From Octopus vulgaris (lineage: Eukaryota), in NCBI GenBank assembly GCA_951406725.2, contig OX597819.1:70370001-70434000 (forward strand): a DNA stretch of 64,000 nt, in the 5' to 3' direction. Shown here piece by piece: positions 51,218 through 64,000 of the stretch (position 1 is the first letter of the stretch; every line of letters begins with the position of its first letter). A model generated the notes under the pieces. It did no database searches. It had not been told where the DNA came from and worked only from the letters and a program-made list of their open reading frames with translations. Both the position numbers and the translations under genes were made by a program.

Positions 51218-52827
51218 GTTTCCTTGCTTTGATTTGGTATAATTATTGTAAATGAGTGTCGTTACACAAGCAGTGTTCCTTGTTTCCAATCTTCTGTGTA
51301 AATGTGTCCAAGCATGGGGAAATATCAGCTTACCTGAAAATAAGTGAGGGTCGGTGACAGGAAGGGCATCTGAAAATCTACCTTAACAAATTCCCTTCTG
51401 ACTCATGCCAATATGGAAAAGTGAACAAAAAGAAATGATGGTACTATGTATACATATATACATATATTCATCATCATCATCATCATTATCGTTATCATCA
51501 GCATCATCATCATCATTTAATGTCTGTTTTCTGTGTTGGTAAGCCAGAGAGCTGCACCAGGTTGCATCATCTACTTTGGTGTAGTTTCTACAGCTGGATG
51601 CTCTTACTAATGCCAACCACTTTACAGAGTACTCTGGGTACTTTTTATGTGGTGCCAGCAGATTGATATGTATATACTTATATACTCGACAATACATTTA
51701 TGTATCTGGTCGATGCCAGCTCCTCTGGCCCCTGTGCCAGTGGCACGTAAAAATCACCCACTACACTCTTGGAGTGGTTGGCGTTAGGTAGGGCATCCAG
51801 GTATAGAAACACTGCCAGATCAGATCGGGGTCTGGTGCAGCCTCCTGGCTTCCCAGACCCCAGTCGAACCAGTGTGACTAAATATGTTTATTGGTGTGCA
51901 TGTTATATTTCTGCATTTCTATTGATGTATTTGTATTTGCATGTTCACGAATGTATATTGTTGTATTTGTGCTTCCATGACTATTTATAACTGTATAAGT
52001 TAATAACAAGAAATGCATCACGGATGGAAATTTTTCTGTTTTTATTTATGCATTGCTACATATGTTTCTGTACTACATGCATATTATTATAGGACCACCT
52101 CATCATATCCATAGGATATTATTAACTGTATATATATGTATCTATAGGCAGAGGTGTGGTTGTGTAAAGAAGCTCGCTTCCCACGTGATTTCAGGTTCAG
52201 TCTCGCAGCATAGTACCTTGGGCAAGTGTCTTCTATAGCCCTGCACCAACCAAAACCTTGTGAGCAGATTTGGTAGATGGAAACTGAAAAATGTTCCATC
52301 GTGTGTATGTGTGTGGTTGGGTCGGAGAGTGGGTGGGTTGGAGAGTGGGTGGGTCGGAGAGTGGGTGTGAGAACACTATCCCTGAAGACACAATGTCATA
52401 AAATCTTCAATAAAAATACTGTAAAGATTTCTTACTCAACTACTTCAAGCAAATTATTGCATCTTCAAACATGCACAAGCCTCACAAAACTTTTACTTTT
52501 AGTCTCAAAAAATGATCACGTCTCCCACCACAGCCCCTGATTAAAATGAAAATTTAGCATACAAAACCACATCATCTCTGTTCAACATCATCATCATCTG
52601 TAGTAGTAGTAGCAACAGCAGCTGTAGTGGTTGTGATAGTAGTAATTGTTGTTGTTGTTTGATTCACTTCCACCATGTCCCGTTGTTGTGTTTGTTAGGC
52701 TGTGAATCACTCCTTTGTTAATTCATTAATGTGTCTTGTTCTAAGGCCTATGAATCATACTTGTGAGCCGGATTTGAAAGTATTGCCTATCAACACAGTA
52801 CCAAGTACCTGTGTGTTGTGAATGACT

Positions 52828-53040
52828 CTTTTCTACTCTAGGTACAAGGCCTGAAATTTTGGGGGAGGGGGCAAGTCAATTAGATCGACCCCCAACATGC
52901 AGCTGGTATTTAATTAATCGACCTCAAAAGGATAAAAGGCAAAGTCAACCTCAGCGGGATTTGGACTCAGAACGTGAAGACAGACGAAATACCGTTAAGC
53001 ATTTCACCCGGCATGCTAACATTTCTGCCAGCTCGCCACC
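52828..53040 (-). mobile_element. Family B SINE
   Basis: Antisense family B copy; another at ~55655-55885. Confidence 0.85.
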
Positions 53041-53546
53041 GTGTGTCTTATGAACAATTACATATAAAGTGTGTGTGTGTGCATGTGTGTAATTAATTAC
53101 TCACGGATCTTGTTCATGTGCATGTGTATATCATTAATATGCATATAAGTGAATGATAAGTAACTTTTTGAGAAACAATGATATAGATGGTCATTGATGG
53201 ATTGTGGTGGTTGAGAATTTGGGCTGAAAGGTGGGGTTTATAGTGTTAGAAGATTATAGTGTTATCGTATTGTTTTGTGGATTTATGAGATGTATTGCTT
53301 CTTGTTATATTAGGAGTTGAAGTTTTAAGCAATTTTTTTTTCTATTTAGGTTAATAACAAGATATGCATGTCATGTTGTATGTGTTGGAAATAGAAATTT
53401 AATACTTAATTAAAAATAAGGGAACTGATTTCTTATCAAAACATCTGTTGAAGAAACTAAAACCAACACTGGACATTGATATAACTATTTTTTTATTCCT
53501 GAAAGTTATTAAAAAAAAATTGTCCTTCAAACTGCTTTTAACTTAA

Positions 53547-54212
53547 CCCTTTAGTATTTAAACTGGCCATATCTGGCCCAGACATTCTATGTTTTACATT
53601 CAAACTGGCCAGGTCTAGCCTCTCACACCTAACCTACATTGGCGTTCTAAAAATAACCAATTGCATAATTGAAACCTCAAAACTATAAGAGAATGCATGA
53701 TTGATTCAAAACAATTTGAATATAAAAGCATTGCATTTGACAGTTTTTTGAATGCTAAAGAGTTAAATATATTTCACCCTTTCATTACCATATTTATTTC
53801 AATTAATTTTAAATATAACAAAGAATTTAATAAAATAACTTAGTAATCATTAAGCTAGTGTTAGGAACATAAATTCCGACTAAGGTTTGGTGGAAGATTT
53901 TAATTCAAAACTTATGAAAACAAGACATTTGTACTACAGAGCCAGAACTGGTTTCAGTCGGGGTGTTATTAAAAGGGTTAAGAAGATATATAACCCTTTA
54001 GCATTCAGGTTATTCCGTCAAATGCAATGCTTTTATATTCAAATCTTTAAAAATCATTCATGTATTATATCGTACCTTCAAGATATCATAAATGGGATTG
54101 TTTATTTTTAGAATAACATTGCAGGGTAGGTGTGAAAGGCCAGATCTGGCCAGTTTGAACATAATACTGGTAGAATATTTTGCCTGATATACCTGGTCTA
54201 AATGCTAAGAGG
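53547..54212. mobile_element. Cluster of three piggyBac-type MITEs (A 53547-53762, B ~53777-53977, inverted A 53994-54212)
   Basis: CCCTTT...AAAG(G/A)G termini with TTAA or degenerate TTAA; bodies match the 35647-36338 cluster. Confidence 0.8.
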
Positions 54213-57062
54213 TTAAGCAAGGCATGTGAAAAGTTAGGCAAAATATATAAGGTAGTACCAATAAATAAAAACCAAGTTATTGTATCACTTTAGATATGAT
54301 GGCTAAAACTGTTATATTTTGGGAAAGCATCCCCTTATCAAATATAAGATGGGTTAAAATAATCCAAGAGTTTGAAGAAAAAGTGTTATCAGCAAGCCAT
54401 GCTGGTGTCTACTTTAACTATTGTTAGCAATATGTCTTCAGTAGCATTGGATGCAAAAAAACAAAACCGAAACTATCAATAAATGGGACCAATTCCAGTC
54501 ACCACCACTACCCTGCACAGACTTTATAGAAACTATTGTAAAACACCTTTTGACAAGACTACAAGTTACTGTAACATTCTTATTGTATCAGTCTGTCGGT
54601 GTAAATATCATCTGGCTGCCATTGAACCATTAATTGTTGACATAGTCTGTAAATATTCTTCAGATGTAACTGTCTTCTACAATACTTAATGGCAGTTTTA
54701 ATGCCTGAAATATTCTAATCTGTCTCCATAGCAACTTGAATTTCGCATCAGATTACCTGTCGTTTTGTTTGAAGTTGGAGCGTTTCAAAGAGATTTTTCA
54801 TAGCAACATTAAGACCTGAATACCAGACAAGAAACAATAAATAAATAGGTAGATAAATAAAACCCGATGTTTTTGTTAGTGTTAGAGGCAGTAGAGCACT
54901 GCACTGAATAAATACATGCAGTATTTAGATACATTGCTTAAGATTCTGAGATCAAATCATCCTCGAGTCAACTTTTGATTTTTTCATCTCTCTCTCTCTC
55001 TCTCTCTTTCTATTTTGGGGATTTATAAAACGTTTACCAATCATGCATTTAAGCTTGTTTTGCCAACATGGAAGGTGGACATTAAACGATGATGATGATT
55101 ATCATTCGTTGACATTCCTGGCCCTGTGGGGTGGCCATGTATCTCTTCTTTAATAAGACACCCTGTACATATTTCACTATCCTACTTCAGCTCAGTAGTT
55201 CTCAACCATTTATTTTTACCTATGACCCCCTTTGATTCCAATTTTAGTTGGGTAGACCCTCATAGCCATTCAATGTTTTAAAAATTCCTGTTATTTTTGT
55301 AATTGAATAATTTTACGAAATGTATTAAAGAATGAAAAAAAAATATTTAACTTGCCTTTACTTTTTCCCTGTTTCTTTTATTTTTTTGTTGTTGTTTTTT
55401 GTCTTGCAAGTTACTTGACAATCTGACTAGTGCGAGTGGCACAAAAAAAAAAGAGGAAAAAACCCAGTAAACATTGTAAAATGGTTGGTGTAAGGAAGGG
55501 CATCCATCTGTAAAAACCATGACAAAGTAGCCCTGCAGCTTGCTAAATCCTGTCAAGCTGCCCAGTCCATGCCATTTTGGGAAAACAAACACAAAATGAT
55601 GATGATGATGATAATGTCATTGTCCTCATCCTTTTTTCTATTATAGATGTATTTTTTCTTTATTGCCCACAGGGAGCTAAACATAGAGGGGACAAACAAG
55701 GACAGACAAAGGGATTAAGTCAATTACATCAATACCAGTGCGTAACTGGTACTTATTTAATCGACCCCAACAGGATGAAAGGCAAAGTCAACCTTGGTGA
55801 AATTTGAACTCAGAACATAAAGACGGATGAAATATCGCTAAGCATTTCGCCCGGCATGCTAATGTTTCTGCCAGCTTGCTACCTTCTATTATAGATGTTG
55901 CTGTGGCTGTGTGGTTAAGAAGATCGCTTCTTAACCACCTGATTTCTGGTTCAATCCCACAATATGGCCCCTTGGGCAAGTGTATTTGACTGTAATACCT
56001 GGTAAACCAAACCTTGTGGGCAAATTTGGCAGACAGAAATTGAAAGAAGCCTGTTGTGTGTGTGTGTGTGTGTGTGTGTGTTTACATTTGTGCTCTGTGA
56101 AACTGTTGTTGTCACTTTTCCTGTTGATAAATCTTTCATTCACTTTACATCTTCAAAGATGTGTGAAATAAGAGATTTTCTTACTTGAAAAGCAAGTAAG
56201 GGTTTGCAAGAGAAAAGGCATTATTCTGTAAAACAGCACCTCAATAAGATATTCATCTAACCCATACTTGCATGGAAAAATAGATGTAAAACAAAGAAGT
56301 TAATATTAAAAAGAGGCTGATCGTGGTAAATAGGTCTTACTGTATCAATTTTGGTGTCATCAAAGTAACAATGCCAGGTCAGGCATTGGAGCAAAATTCT
56401 GTCCTGAGTCTCACTGAATCCTGTCAAACCATCCAAACTGTGCCAGCATGGAATATGGACAATAGCTATGGATGTGTGTGTGTGTGTTTGGCTGTGTGGT
56501 AAGAAGTTTGCTTCCAAACCACATTGTTCCAGACATGGTCCCACTGCATGGCAACTTGAGCTAGTGTCATCTGCTATAACCACAGACCAGTCAAAGCCTT
56601 GTGAGTGGATTTCATTGTTGGAAACTGGTAAAAGTCCATCATGTATGTACACACACACACACACACACACTTATATATATATATATATATATATATTTAT
56701 ACATACAAGTGAGTGAACAAACGAAAGAGGTGCACTCTACCAATTTATTGGGAGTTACATGTATGGATCAAAACAGTTTGATTTCAAATTTGTTGGTACT
56801 CTGGTACTCTGTCCTCCACGTGACCAATTTCCTGTTCGCCATGTGAACAGGAAATTGACCAACTAACTATTTTCCAACTAAATGTTACTCATATACCAAC
56901 ATCAAACCACGACACCGCGTGACCTCCCTCAATCAATTACAGCCCACCTTACAGTAATAACAATCAACTTCTGTCATCTCAATTCAAAATGGCTAATGAC
57001 TAGCACCGTGCTTGAAACTCAAGAGTATCAATGAATTTGAATGAAACTGTTTTGATTCATAA

Positions 57063-57064
<2 letters not shown>

Positions 57065-57093
<29 letters not shown>

Positions 57094-57167
57094 TGTATGT
57101 ATGTATGTATGTATGTATGTATGTATGTATGTATGTATGTATGTATGTATGTATGTATGTATGTATG
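57065..57167. repeat. (ATGT)n microsatellite
   Basis: Directly visible. Confidence 0.95.
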
Positions 57168-57289
57168 TGTGTGTTTGCATATATACATATGTTTGTGTGT
57201 ATATATATATTTATGTGTGTATATATATATATATATATATAGCAATAATAATTCTCTAAATGAGATATAGACAGTAACTGCTCCATAAC

Positions 57290-57592
57290 ATAAGAGGCAT
57301 TAGCCATCTGAATATGGCTAGGGACAGGGCAGGGTGGTGGGGGTGTTACTGTTGCATTTAGCCCCAGGCGAACATCAACGTCACCAGAAAGGCTGACGCC
57401 ATCACGGCGTCCTCTATCCTGCAAAGGGAGATCATTCCCCGTCGTCGGGGAATGATCTCCCATTGCAGGATAGAGGACGCCGTGATGGCGTCAGCCTTTC
57501 TGGTGACGTTGATGTTCGCCTGGGGCTAAATGCAACAGTAACACCCCCACCACCCTGCCCTGTCCCTAGCCATATTCAGATGGCTAATGCCT

Positions 57593-57597
<5 letters not shown>
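57290..57597. repeat. Near-perfect 308-bp palindrome with no real spacer
   Basis: 154-bp arms, centre at 57443/57444 (CCCCG-TCGT-CGGGG); two mismatched pairs seen. Confidence 0.97.
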
Positions 57598-57634
<37 letters not shown>

Positions 57635-59520
57635 GCCCGTGCCACTTAACTGGTTCCCGTGCTGGTGGCATGTGGAAGGCACCATTCAAACGTGGTCGAT
57701 GCCAGTACTGACTGGCTGCCGGTGACACGTAAAATGCACCCACTACACTCTCGGTGTGGTTGGTGCTAGGAAGGGCATCCAGATGTAGAAACACTGCCAG
57801 ATCAGATTAGAGCATAGTACAGCCTTCTGGCTTGCCAATCCCCAGTCAAACCATCCAACCCATGTCAGCATGGAAAGCAGATGAACTCTACTAACAACGC
57901 TCTGGATACCCATGGGCTATTGTAGAAGACATTTGCTGATGGTGCCATGCAGTGGGGCTGAATAGTCATTTTGTGGGGTTCAAAATGTTGGGGGTAATAA
58001 AAAAACGAGCACTTGTCAGCAAGTTCAATTAATTAACTGGTGGCTTGTGTTATGTTTCCAAACATGAACGAAAATCAATATGTTCTGTTTTAAAATAGTC
58101 ACCCAACTTACTTGTCCTGTCAGCTGGTATATTACTAATCAAATGGTGGAATATAGCTTCAGTGGCTTGTTGATTCTTATCCTATCATACTTCTATGCAG
58201 AAACAGGATATATACTTACTGACTACTTATTTAATTATTTTATTCTAGTCAATAGAGCTATTGACCCCTCTCCAGGCATGGCTGTAAGGTTAAGAAGTTC
58301 ACTTCCTAACCAATCTAGCTTTGAGTCTGTCCCATTGTGTGGTGCCTTGGACAAATGTCTTCTATTCTAGCCTTAGGCTGAACAAAGCTTTATGTGTGGA
58401 TTTGGTGTATGGAAAGTGAAAGAGACTGTGTGTGTATGAGTGTGTGTCCTTTGCATCATACAATAGTTGTAAACCAGCACCATTTCACAGTGGCAGTATT
58501 GTTTATTTCCCAGCTGTCTTTGAGACCATGTTTGTCCATGAGGAAATATTATCTTGCTAGGAAACAGGTGAGTATTGGCAACTGGAAAGGCATCTAGCCA
58601 CAGAAAATTCGCTTCAATGAATTCCCCCTGACCTAGACAAGCATGGACCTTAAAAGAATGAAGATGACAAAGTGGTTCCTTTTCATTTTTTAAAATATAT
58701 TTTAGTTTTATTCTTGTATCGTTTATCTTTTACTGGTTTCAGCCAGATGTTGGGGTCCATGCTGGAGCACTGGCTTTCAGTGTGTTACGGTTTCTTTCCT
58801 GCACCATTTTTGATGAAGTTGTGAGTGGTTAAGAGCTACTCTTTTTTGCACCTCTTACCACTATGTGGGTTCATCTGATATCTCAGGTAAAAATTTGCCC
58901 AAATGCTCTTTGAAGACCTCCACATCTAAACTTCACAAATCTCTGAGGTTGTTTGGCAGAATTTTCTCCAGAAATATTGATACTTTTTCTTTCTTCTTTA
59001 GTTAAAAATGCACACACATTTGCACATGTGCACACAAGATTCTGCAAATAAAAGTATTAACCTCTGTATGTTTACTATTATCAAACTGAAATTTTCAGCT
59101 GTTCCATTAATTATTTTCCCCATTTTCACTGTTTGCAAATCACTTCCTTTTTGGCTATGTTACCTTGTGTAAACTTCTACTCATCACAATGTTTAGACAC
59201 ATTATGTGGCTTCATATAAGCAAACCAATGATTTAGATTGCATCATTACTCCCTTATTTTCCACTCTTTCTAGTCAGGCCTTTTTACTATGTCTTTTTCT
59301 GCCTTATATCTTTTATCAGTTCTTTCCATTGCCCTTTTTGACTATATGTCAGTATAAATACTATATATTTTATCTTTTTTCAGTCATTAGACTGTGGCCA
59401 TGCTGGGGCACTAACTTTAAGAAATTTAGTTGAATGAATCAATACTAGTACATTCTTTTTTAAGCCTGATACTTATTCTATCAGTCTCTTTTGCCAAACC
59501 ACTAAGTTATGGAATCATAA

Positions 59521-59558
<38 letters not shown>

Positions 59559-60079
59559 CACATCCACTCACAAGACATTGGATGGCTCGAGGCTATAGTC
59601 AAACACACTTGCTCTTAGTGTCACAGTGGAACTGAACCCAGACCATTTGATTAGGAAGCAAACTTGTTGCCACACAGGCGTTCCTGAATTTAGTAAACCT
59701 TTTTTCTTTCAAAAATAAAGAATGTCTGCGTGACATTCTTATGGTAGTAAAAGAATGTCACTGTCGAACAAGCAGTGTCACTCATTCCCAATATTTTGTG
59801 GAAACTGAAGTATTTCAAAGAATGTTTAAAGAGAGGGACCCAAACATAATTTAATATTGGTTTCAAATTTTAGCATGAGGCCAGCCAGTTTGGAGGAATG
59901 GGTAAGTCAATTAGCACCACGAAATTTGATAAAAGTGGCTGTGTGGTAAGAAGTTTCTCAACCACATGATTCTGGGTTCAGTCCCACTTCATAGCACCTT
60001 GAGCAAGTGTTTTCTACAATAGGCTCAGGCCAACCTAAAGCCTTGTGAGAAGATTTGGTAGACAGAAACTGAAAGAATC

Positions 60080-60950
60080 TTGTCATCATCATCATCATCA
60101 TCATCATTATCATCATCATCATTACCACCGTCATCGCTTAATATCCATTTCCCATGCTGGCATGGGTTGGACAGTTTGACATGGAGCTGGTCAGCCAATT
60201 GTTTGTTATGGCATGGTCTCTACAGCTGGATGCCCGTCCTAATACCAACTACTTTACGGAGTGTGTTATTTGCTACGTACATGCCACTGGCACAGGTATG
60301 TCTGCAAAACACCAGTATGAATGCATTTCATGTGGCACCAGCACCTGCAAGGGACAAGCCTGTATGTATGGAAGATAGGGATTTTACTTAGTTTGACATG
60401 TACAGCAAATAGCCACAACACTTGATCCCTTGTTATTTCCTCAATGAGGCCCAGTGTCCAAAGATCCTTTCTCACCACTTTGTTCCAAGTCTTTCTGGGT
60501 TTACCCCTTCCATAGGTTCCCTCCACAATTTGAGCTTGGTACTATTTTATGCAGCTGTCCTCATCCATATGCATCACATGATCAAACCAGTGCAGTCTTC
60601 TCTCTTGTACACAACATCTGATGCCCCTTATGACCAGTTTTCCACTTCAGTCATTTACACTCTGTTGTGCATTCATGCTGACATTACACATCCAACGGAG
60701 CACGCTAGTTTAATTTTTTTCAAGCCTTCCCATATCCTCTGTAATCAAAGCCCACATTTTACTGTCATGTAACATTGCAGTATGAACACAGGCATCATAC
60801 ACTCTGCCTTTCTCTATGAGGGAGAAGCCCTTAGTTACCAACAAAGGTAGAAGCTCTCTGAACTTTGCTCAGCCCTTTCTTATTGTAGCAACTATACTTT
60901 TAGAACTTCCTCCTCCACTTCTAACTTAGTCTCCTAGATAACAGAAGCTA
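60080..60950 (-). mobile_element. Old RTE LINE 3' fragment
   Basis: Antisense of FCYLGD...WAKFRELLPLLVTKGFSL...RGKPRKTW..VVRKDL..LGL, followed by 3' UTR and (GAT)n tail. Confidence 0.85.
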
Positions 60951-62097
60951 TTCATATATATATATATATGTACATGCACACCTGTTTCTGTCTGGATCTC
61001 CTCCCCTCTCTCTCTCTCTCTGTGGGTAACCTTGTACCTCCTCTACAGCAAGACACTTGTTTCTGTCTGTCTGTCTGTCTCACTATAACATTTGATCATC
61101 TGACACAAGATTACCTCCTCCAATGCCCCCTTCCTCTCTCAAAAGATTTTCCTCTTGCAAGTTACTTGGTGACCCTGTCAGTGCAGGTGCCACTTGAAAA
61201 GCATCCAGTCCACATGTAAAGTGGTTGGCATTTGGAAGGGCATCCAGTTGTAAAAACCTTGCCAAAACTGACCTCGCCTGTGCTTGAGCCACTTAAAAAG
61301 CACTCAGACCACTCTGTTGAGTGGTTGGTGTTAGGAAATGCATCCAGCTTCCAAAAACCCTGCCTAAACAGTCACAGACAACTGGCGCAAGCTTCAGCCT
61401 GTCCGGCTCCTGCCAAACTGCCCCACCCACGTCAGCATGGAAGATGGTTGTTAAACAACGATGATGATGATGATGATGATATATATACACACTTGTGTGT
61501 ATGTCTCTTTGTGTCTGTTTGTCCCCTCTATGGTTTGACAACTGGTGTTGGTGTGTATAAATCCCTGTTGTTTGATGGTTTGGCAAAAGAGACCAATAGA
61601 ATGAGTACTGGGGTAGGGTCGTTTTGATAAAATTCTTCAAGACAGTGCTACAGCATGGCCACAGTCTACTCACTGATGCAAATAAAAGACAGAAGGTATG
61701 TATGTATGCCATATTTCCTGATATTACCCATGGTGGTAAAAGTATACTTCCATAGTTACCCATCATATGATGGCTAACACTCCCGTTGATATTGCATAAC
61801 ATCTTCATTGTTTATTAGCTGTGAGTAATGGTAGAGGGAGCTTTTTAAACCTGATATCAAGCTGGACTAAACTGGTTCTCCGCTTTCAATTTACATTGCC
61901 ACCCATCACATTTGAAGAAGAAAGTGGAGAAAGTTGGGAGGCGACAGTCATGCTTTGGTGCTTTCATCCATTTAAAACAGCCCAGCAACTCACACTCAGT
62001 TATGTCAGCCTAATTAATGAATAAACACATGATCAAATGCGGAAAAAAAAATAACCATGCTCATGATCACACACAGACACACACACACATATATATT

Positions 62098-62145
62098 CAC
62101 ACACTCATTTATATTCTAAAAATATATATCTACACACACACACAC

Positions 62146-62209
<64 letters not shown>

Positions 62210-62280
62210 TCACACACTCATTTATATCCTAAAAATATATATCTACACACACACATATATACATACATACATACATACAT

Positions 62281-62314
<34 letters not shown>

Positions 62315-62370
62315 ATATACTCACACACTCATTTATATTCTTAAAATATAAATCTACACACACACATATA
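62098..62370 (+). repeat. Three tandem copies of CACACACTCATTTATA..CT.AAA.TATA.ATCTACACAC separated by (TA)n
   Basis: Copies at ~62098, ~62210, ~62322. Confidence 0.85.
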
Positions 62371-62383
62371 TATATATACATAC

Positions 62384-62445
<62 letters not shown>

Positions 62446-62460
62446 GTATATATATGTATA

Positions 62461-62489
<29 letters not shown>

Positions 62490-62491
<2 letters not shown>

Positions 62492-64000
62492 GGAGATGCC
62501 ACTATGAAAGTTTGCTGAATAAAGAAAATGAATGGGATAAAGAGAGTCTGCCAAATGTTGACCCAACAGAGGGACCAGCTATCCGAGTTGATAGTTCCGT
62601 GGTAGCTAAGGCAATTAGAAGCATGAAGACAGGGAAAGCCCCAGGCCCATCAGGAATTACTGCAGAGATGCTCAAAATATCTGGCAGTGTCGGCTATAAC
62701 CTAGTCACCCGTATAGTCAACCAGGTGATACACGAAGGAGTCATACCCAATGACTGGTGTAGCAGCATACTAGTCAACTGCTACAAAGGTAAAGGTGATG
62801 CCCTGGATACAAATAATTACAGAGGTATCAAGCTGTTGGATCAGGTAATGAAGGTTACGGAGAGGGTCATAGCCCAACTAATTAGAGAGAGAGTTAGTTT
62901 AGATGAGATGCAGTTTGGGTTTGTCCCAGGGAAAAGCACCACTGATGCTATATTCCTGGTTAGGCAGCTGCAGGAGAAATACCTAGCCAAGGATAAGCCC
63001 CTGTACCTGGCTTTCGTTGACATGGAGAAAGCCTTTGATAGGGTCCCCCGATCCCTCATCTGGTGGTCAATGAGGAAACTAGGGATAGATGAATGGCTGG
63101 TGAGGGCTGTGCAAGCCATGTACAGAGATGCCGTAAGTAAGGTTAGAGTTGGCAACATGTACACAGAAGAATTCAAAGTAGAGGTTGGGGTCCACCAGGG
63201 TTCAGTACTCAGCCCCCTCCTATTTATCATAGTCCTCCAGGCAATAACGGAGGAATTCAAGACAGGTTGCCCCTGGGAGCTCCTCTATGCTGACGACCTC
63301 GCTCTAATCGCTGAGTCACTATCAGAACTGGAGGAGAAGTTCCAGGTGTGGAAGGAGGGTTTAGAATCGAGGGGCCTTAGAGTCAACCTAGCTAAAACCA
63401 AAGTACTAATAAGTAGAAAGGTAGAAAACCCACAAATATCCTCAGGAAGATGGCCCTGCTCGATCTGTAGAAAAGGTGTAGGTAGAAACTCTATAAGATG
63501 TACCCAGTGTAAGCTATGGACACATAAGAGGTGCAGCAATGTCAAAGGTAGGCTAACTGGGAAGATAGTTTTTGTATGTGGCAGGTGCTCTGGAGCATTG
63601 ACCTCCGAAAATCTGCAGAAAACAACTTCTGTCACTTTCCGGGGGAAAAACTAGAAGTAGTTGATAGCTTCCGCTATCTAGGTGACCAAGTCAGTAGTGG
63701 GGGTGGGTGCGCTGAAAGTGTAACTGCTAGAATAAGAATAGCCTGGGCAAAGTTTAGGGAGCTCTTACCTCTGCTGGTGACTAAAGGCCTCTCGCTCAGA
63801 GTAAAAGGCAGACTGTATGATGCATGTGTACGAACAGCTATGCTACATGGCAGTGAAACATGGGCCGTGACTGCTGAGGACATGCGTAAGCTCGTGAGGA
63901 ACGAAGCCAGTATGCTCCGATGGATGTGTAATGTCAGTGTACTTACTCGACAGAGCGTTAGTACCTTGAGAGAAATGTTGTACCTAAGAAGCATCAGTTG
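62490..64000 (+). mobile_element. Young 5'-truncated RTE-clade LINE (runs off the window)
   Basis: Begins abruptly in (TA)n and lacks the AP endonuclease domain; continuous RT coding with one frameshift. Confidence 0.95.
62491..64000 (+). pseudogene. RTE reverse transcriptase ORF (partial) with PHD-type finger; frameshift near 63640
   Basis: [57 protein letters not shown]. After the shift it continues [13 protein letters not shown]...GSETW...EASMLRWM. The ORF-track N-terminus (62287-62490) is only TA repeat. Confidence 0.93.

Noticed and set aside
56790-56870. HDV-like L3 motif GTC-CTCCACGT-GAC
   Set aside because: No GG for P1.1 and no proper P1, P2 or J4/2.
57530-57597. Twister-like (UAACAC..GUCCCUAGCC) or HDV-like (GGCUAAU) strings in the palindrome arm
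   Set aside because: Required pseudoknot pairings are absent.

Overview
AT-rich, microsatellite-dense eukaryotic DNA. The repeat repertoire (tRNA-derived SINEs, RTE LINEs with (GAT)n tails, TTAA MITEs) is consistent with a cephalopod (Octopus-like) genome; this is inference. Almost all ORFs in the supplied track are microsatellite or SINE noise. The window looks like the 5' end plus long introns of a + strand gene of unknown identity: a CpG-retaining promoter-like zone (~2.8-6.4 kb), a candidate first coding exon (5043-5093) and a candidate second exon (30048-30154). Recognisable protein-coding remnants are transposon-derived: a full-length degenerate mariner (21796-23052), a young 5'-truncated RTE LINE with a PHD-type finger inside its RT (62490-64000), older RTE fragments and a Tx1/L1-like 3' end. 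The most interesting signal is a set of six minimal type I hammerhead-ribozyme motifs from five unrelated sequence families (9104-9191, 9704-9791, 29633-29673, 39181-39225, 43720-43771, 47793-47849). Most have a short palindromic helix III and lie in or beside long inverted repeats typical of Penelope-like elements. There is also a near-perfect 308-bp GC-rich palindrome (57290-57597) and a 198-bp inverted duplication of flanking DNA just upstream of the candidate second exon. All alignments and folds were done by eye; SINE and fragment boundaries are approximate.
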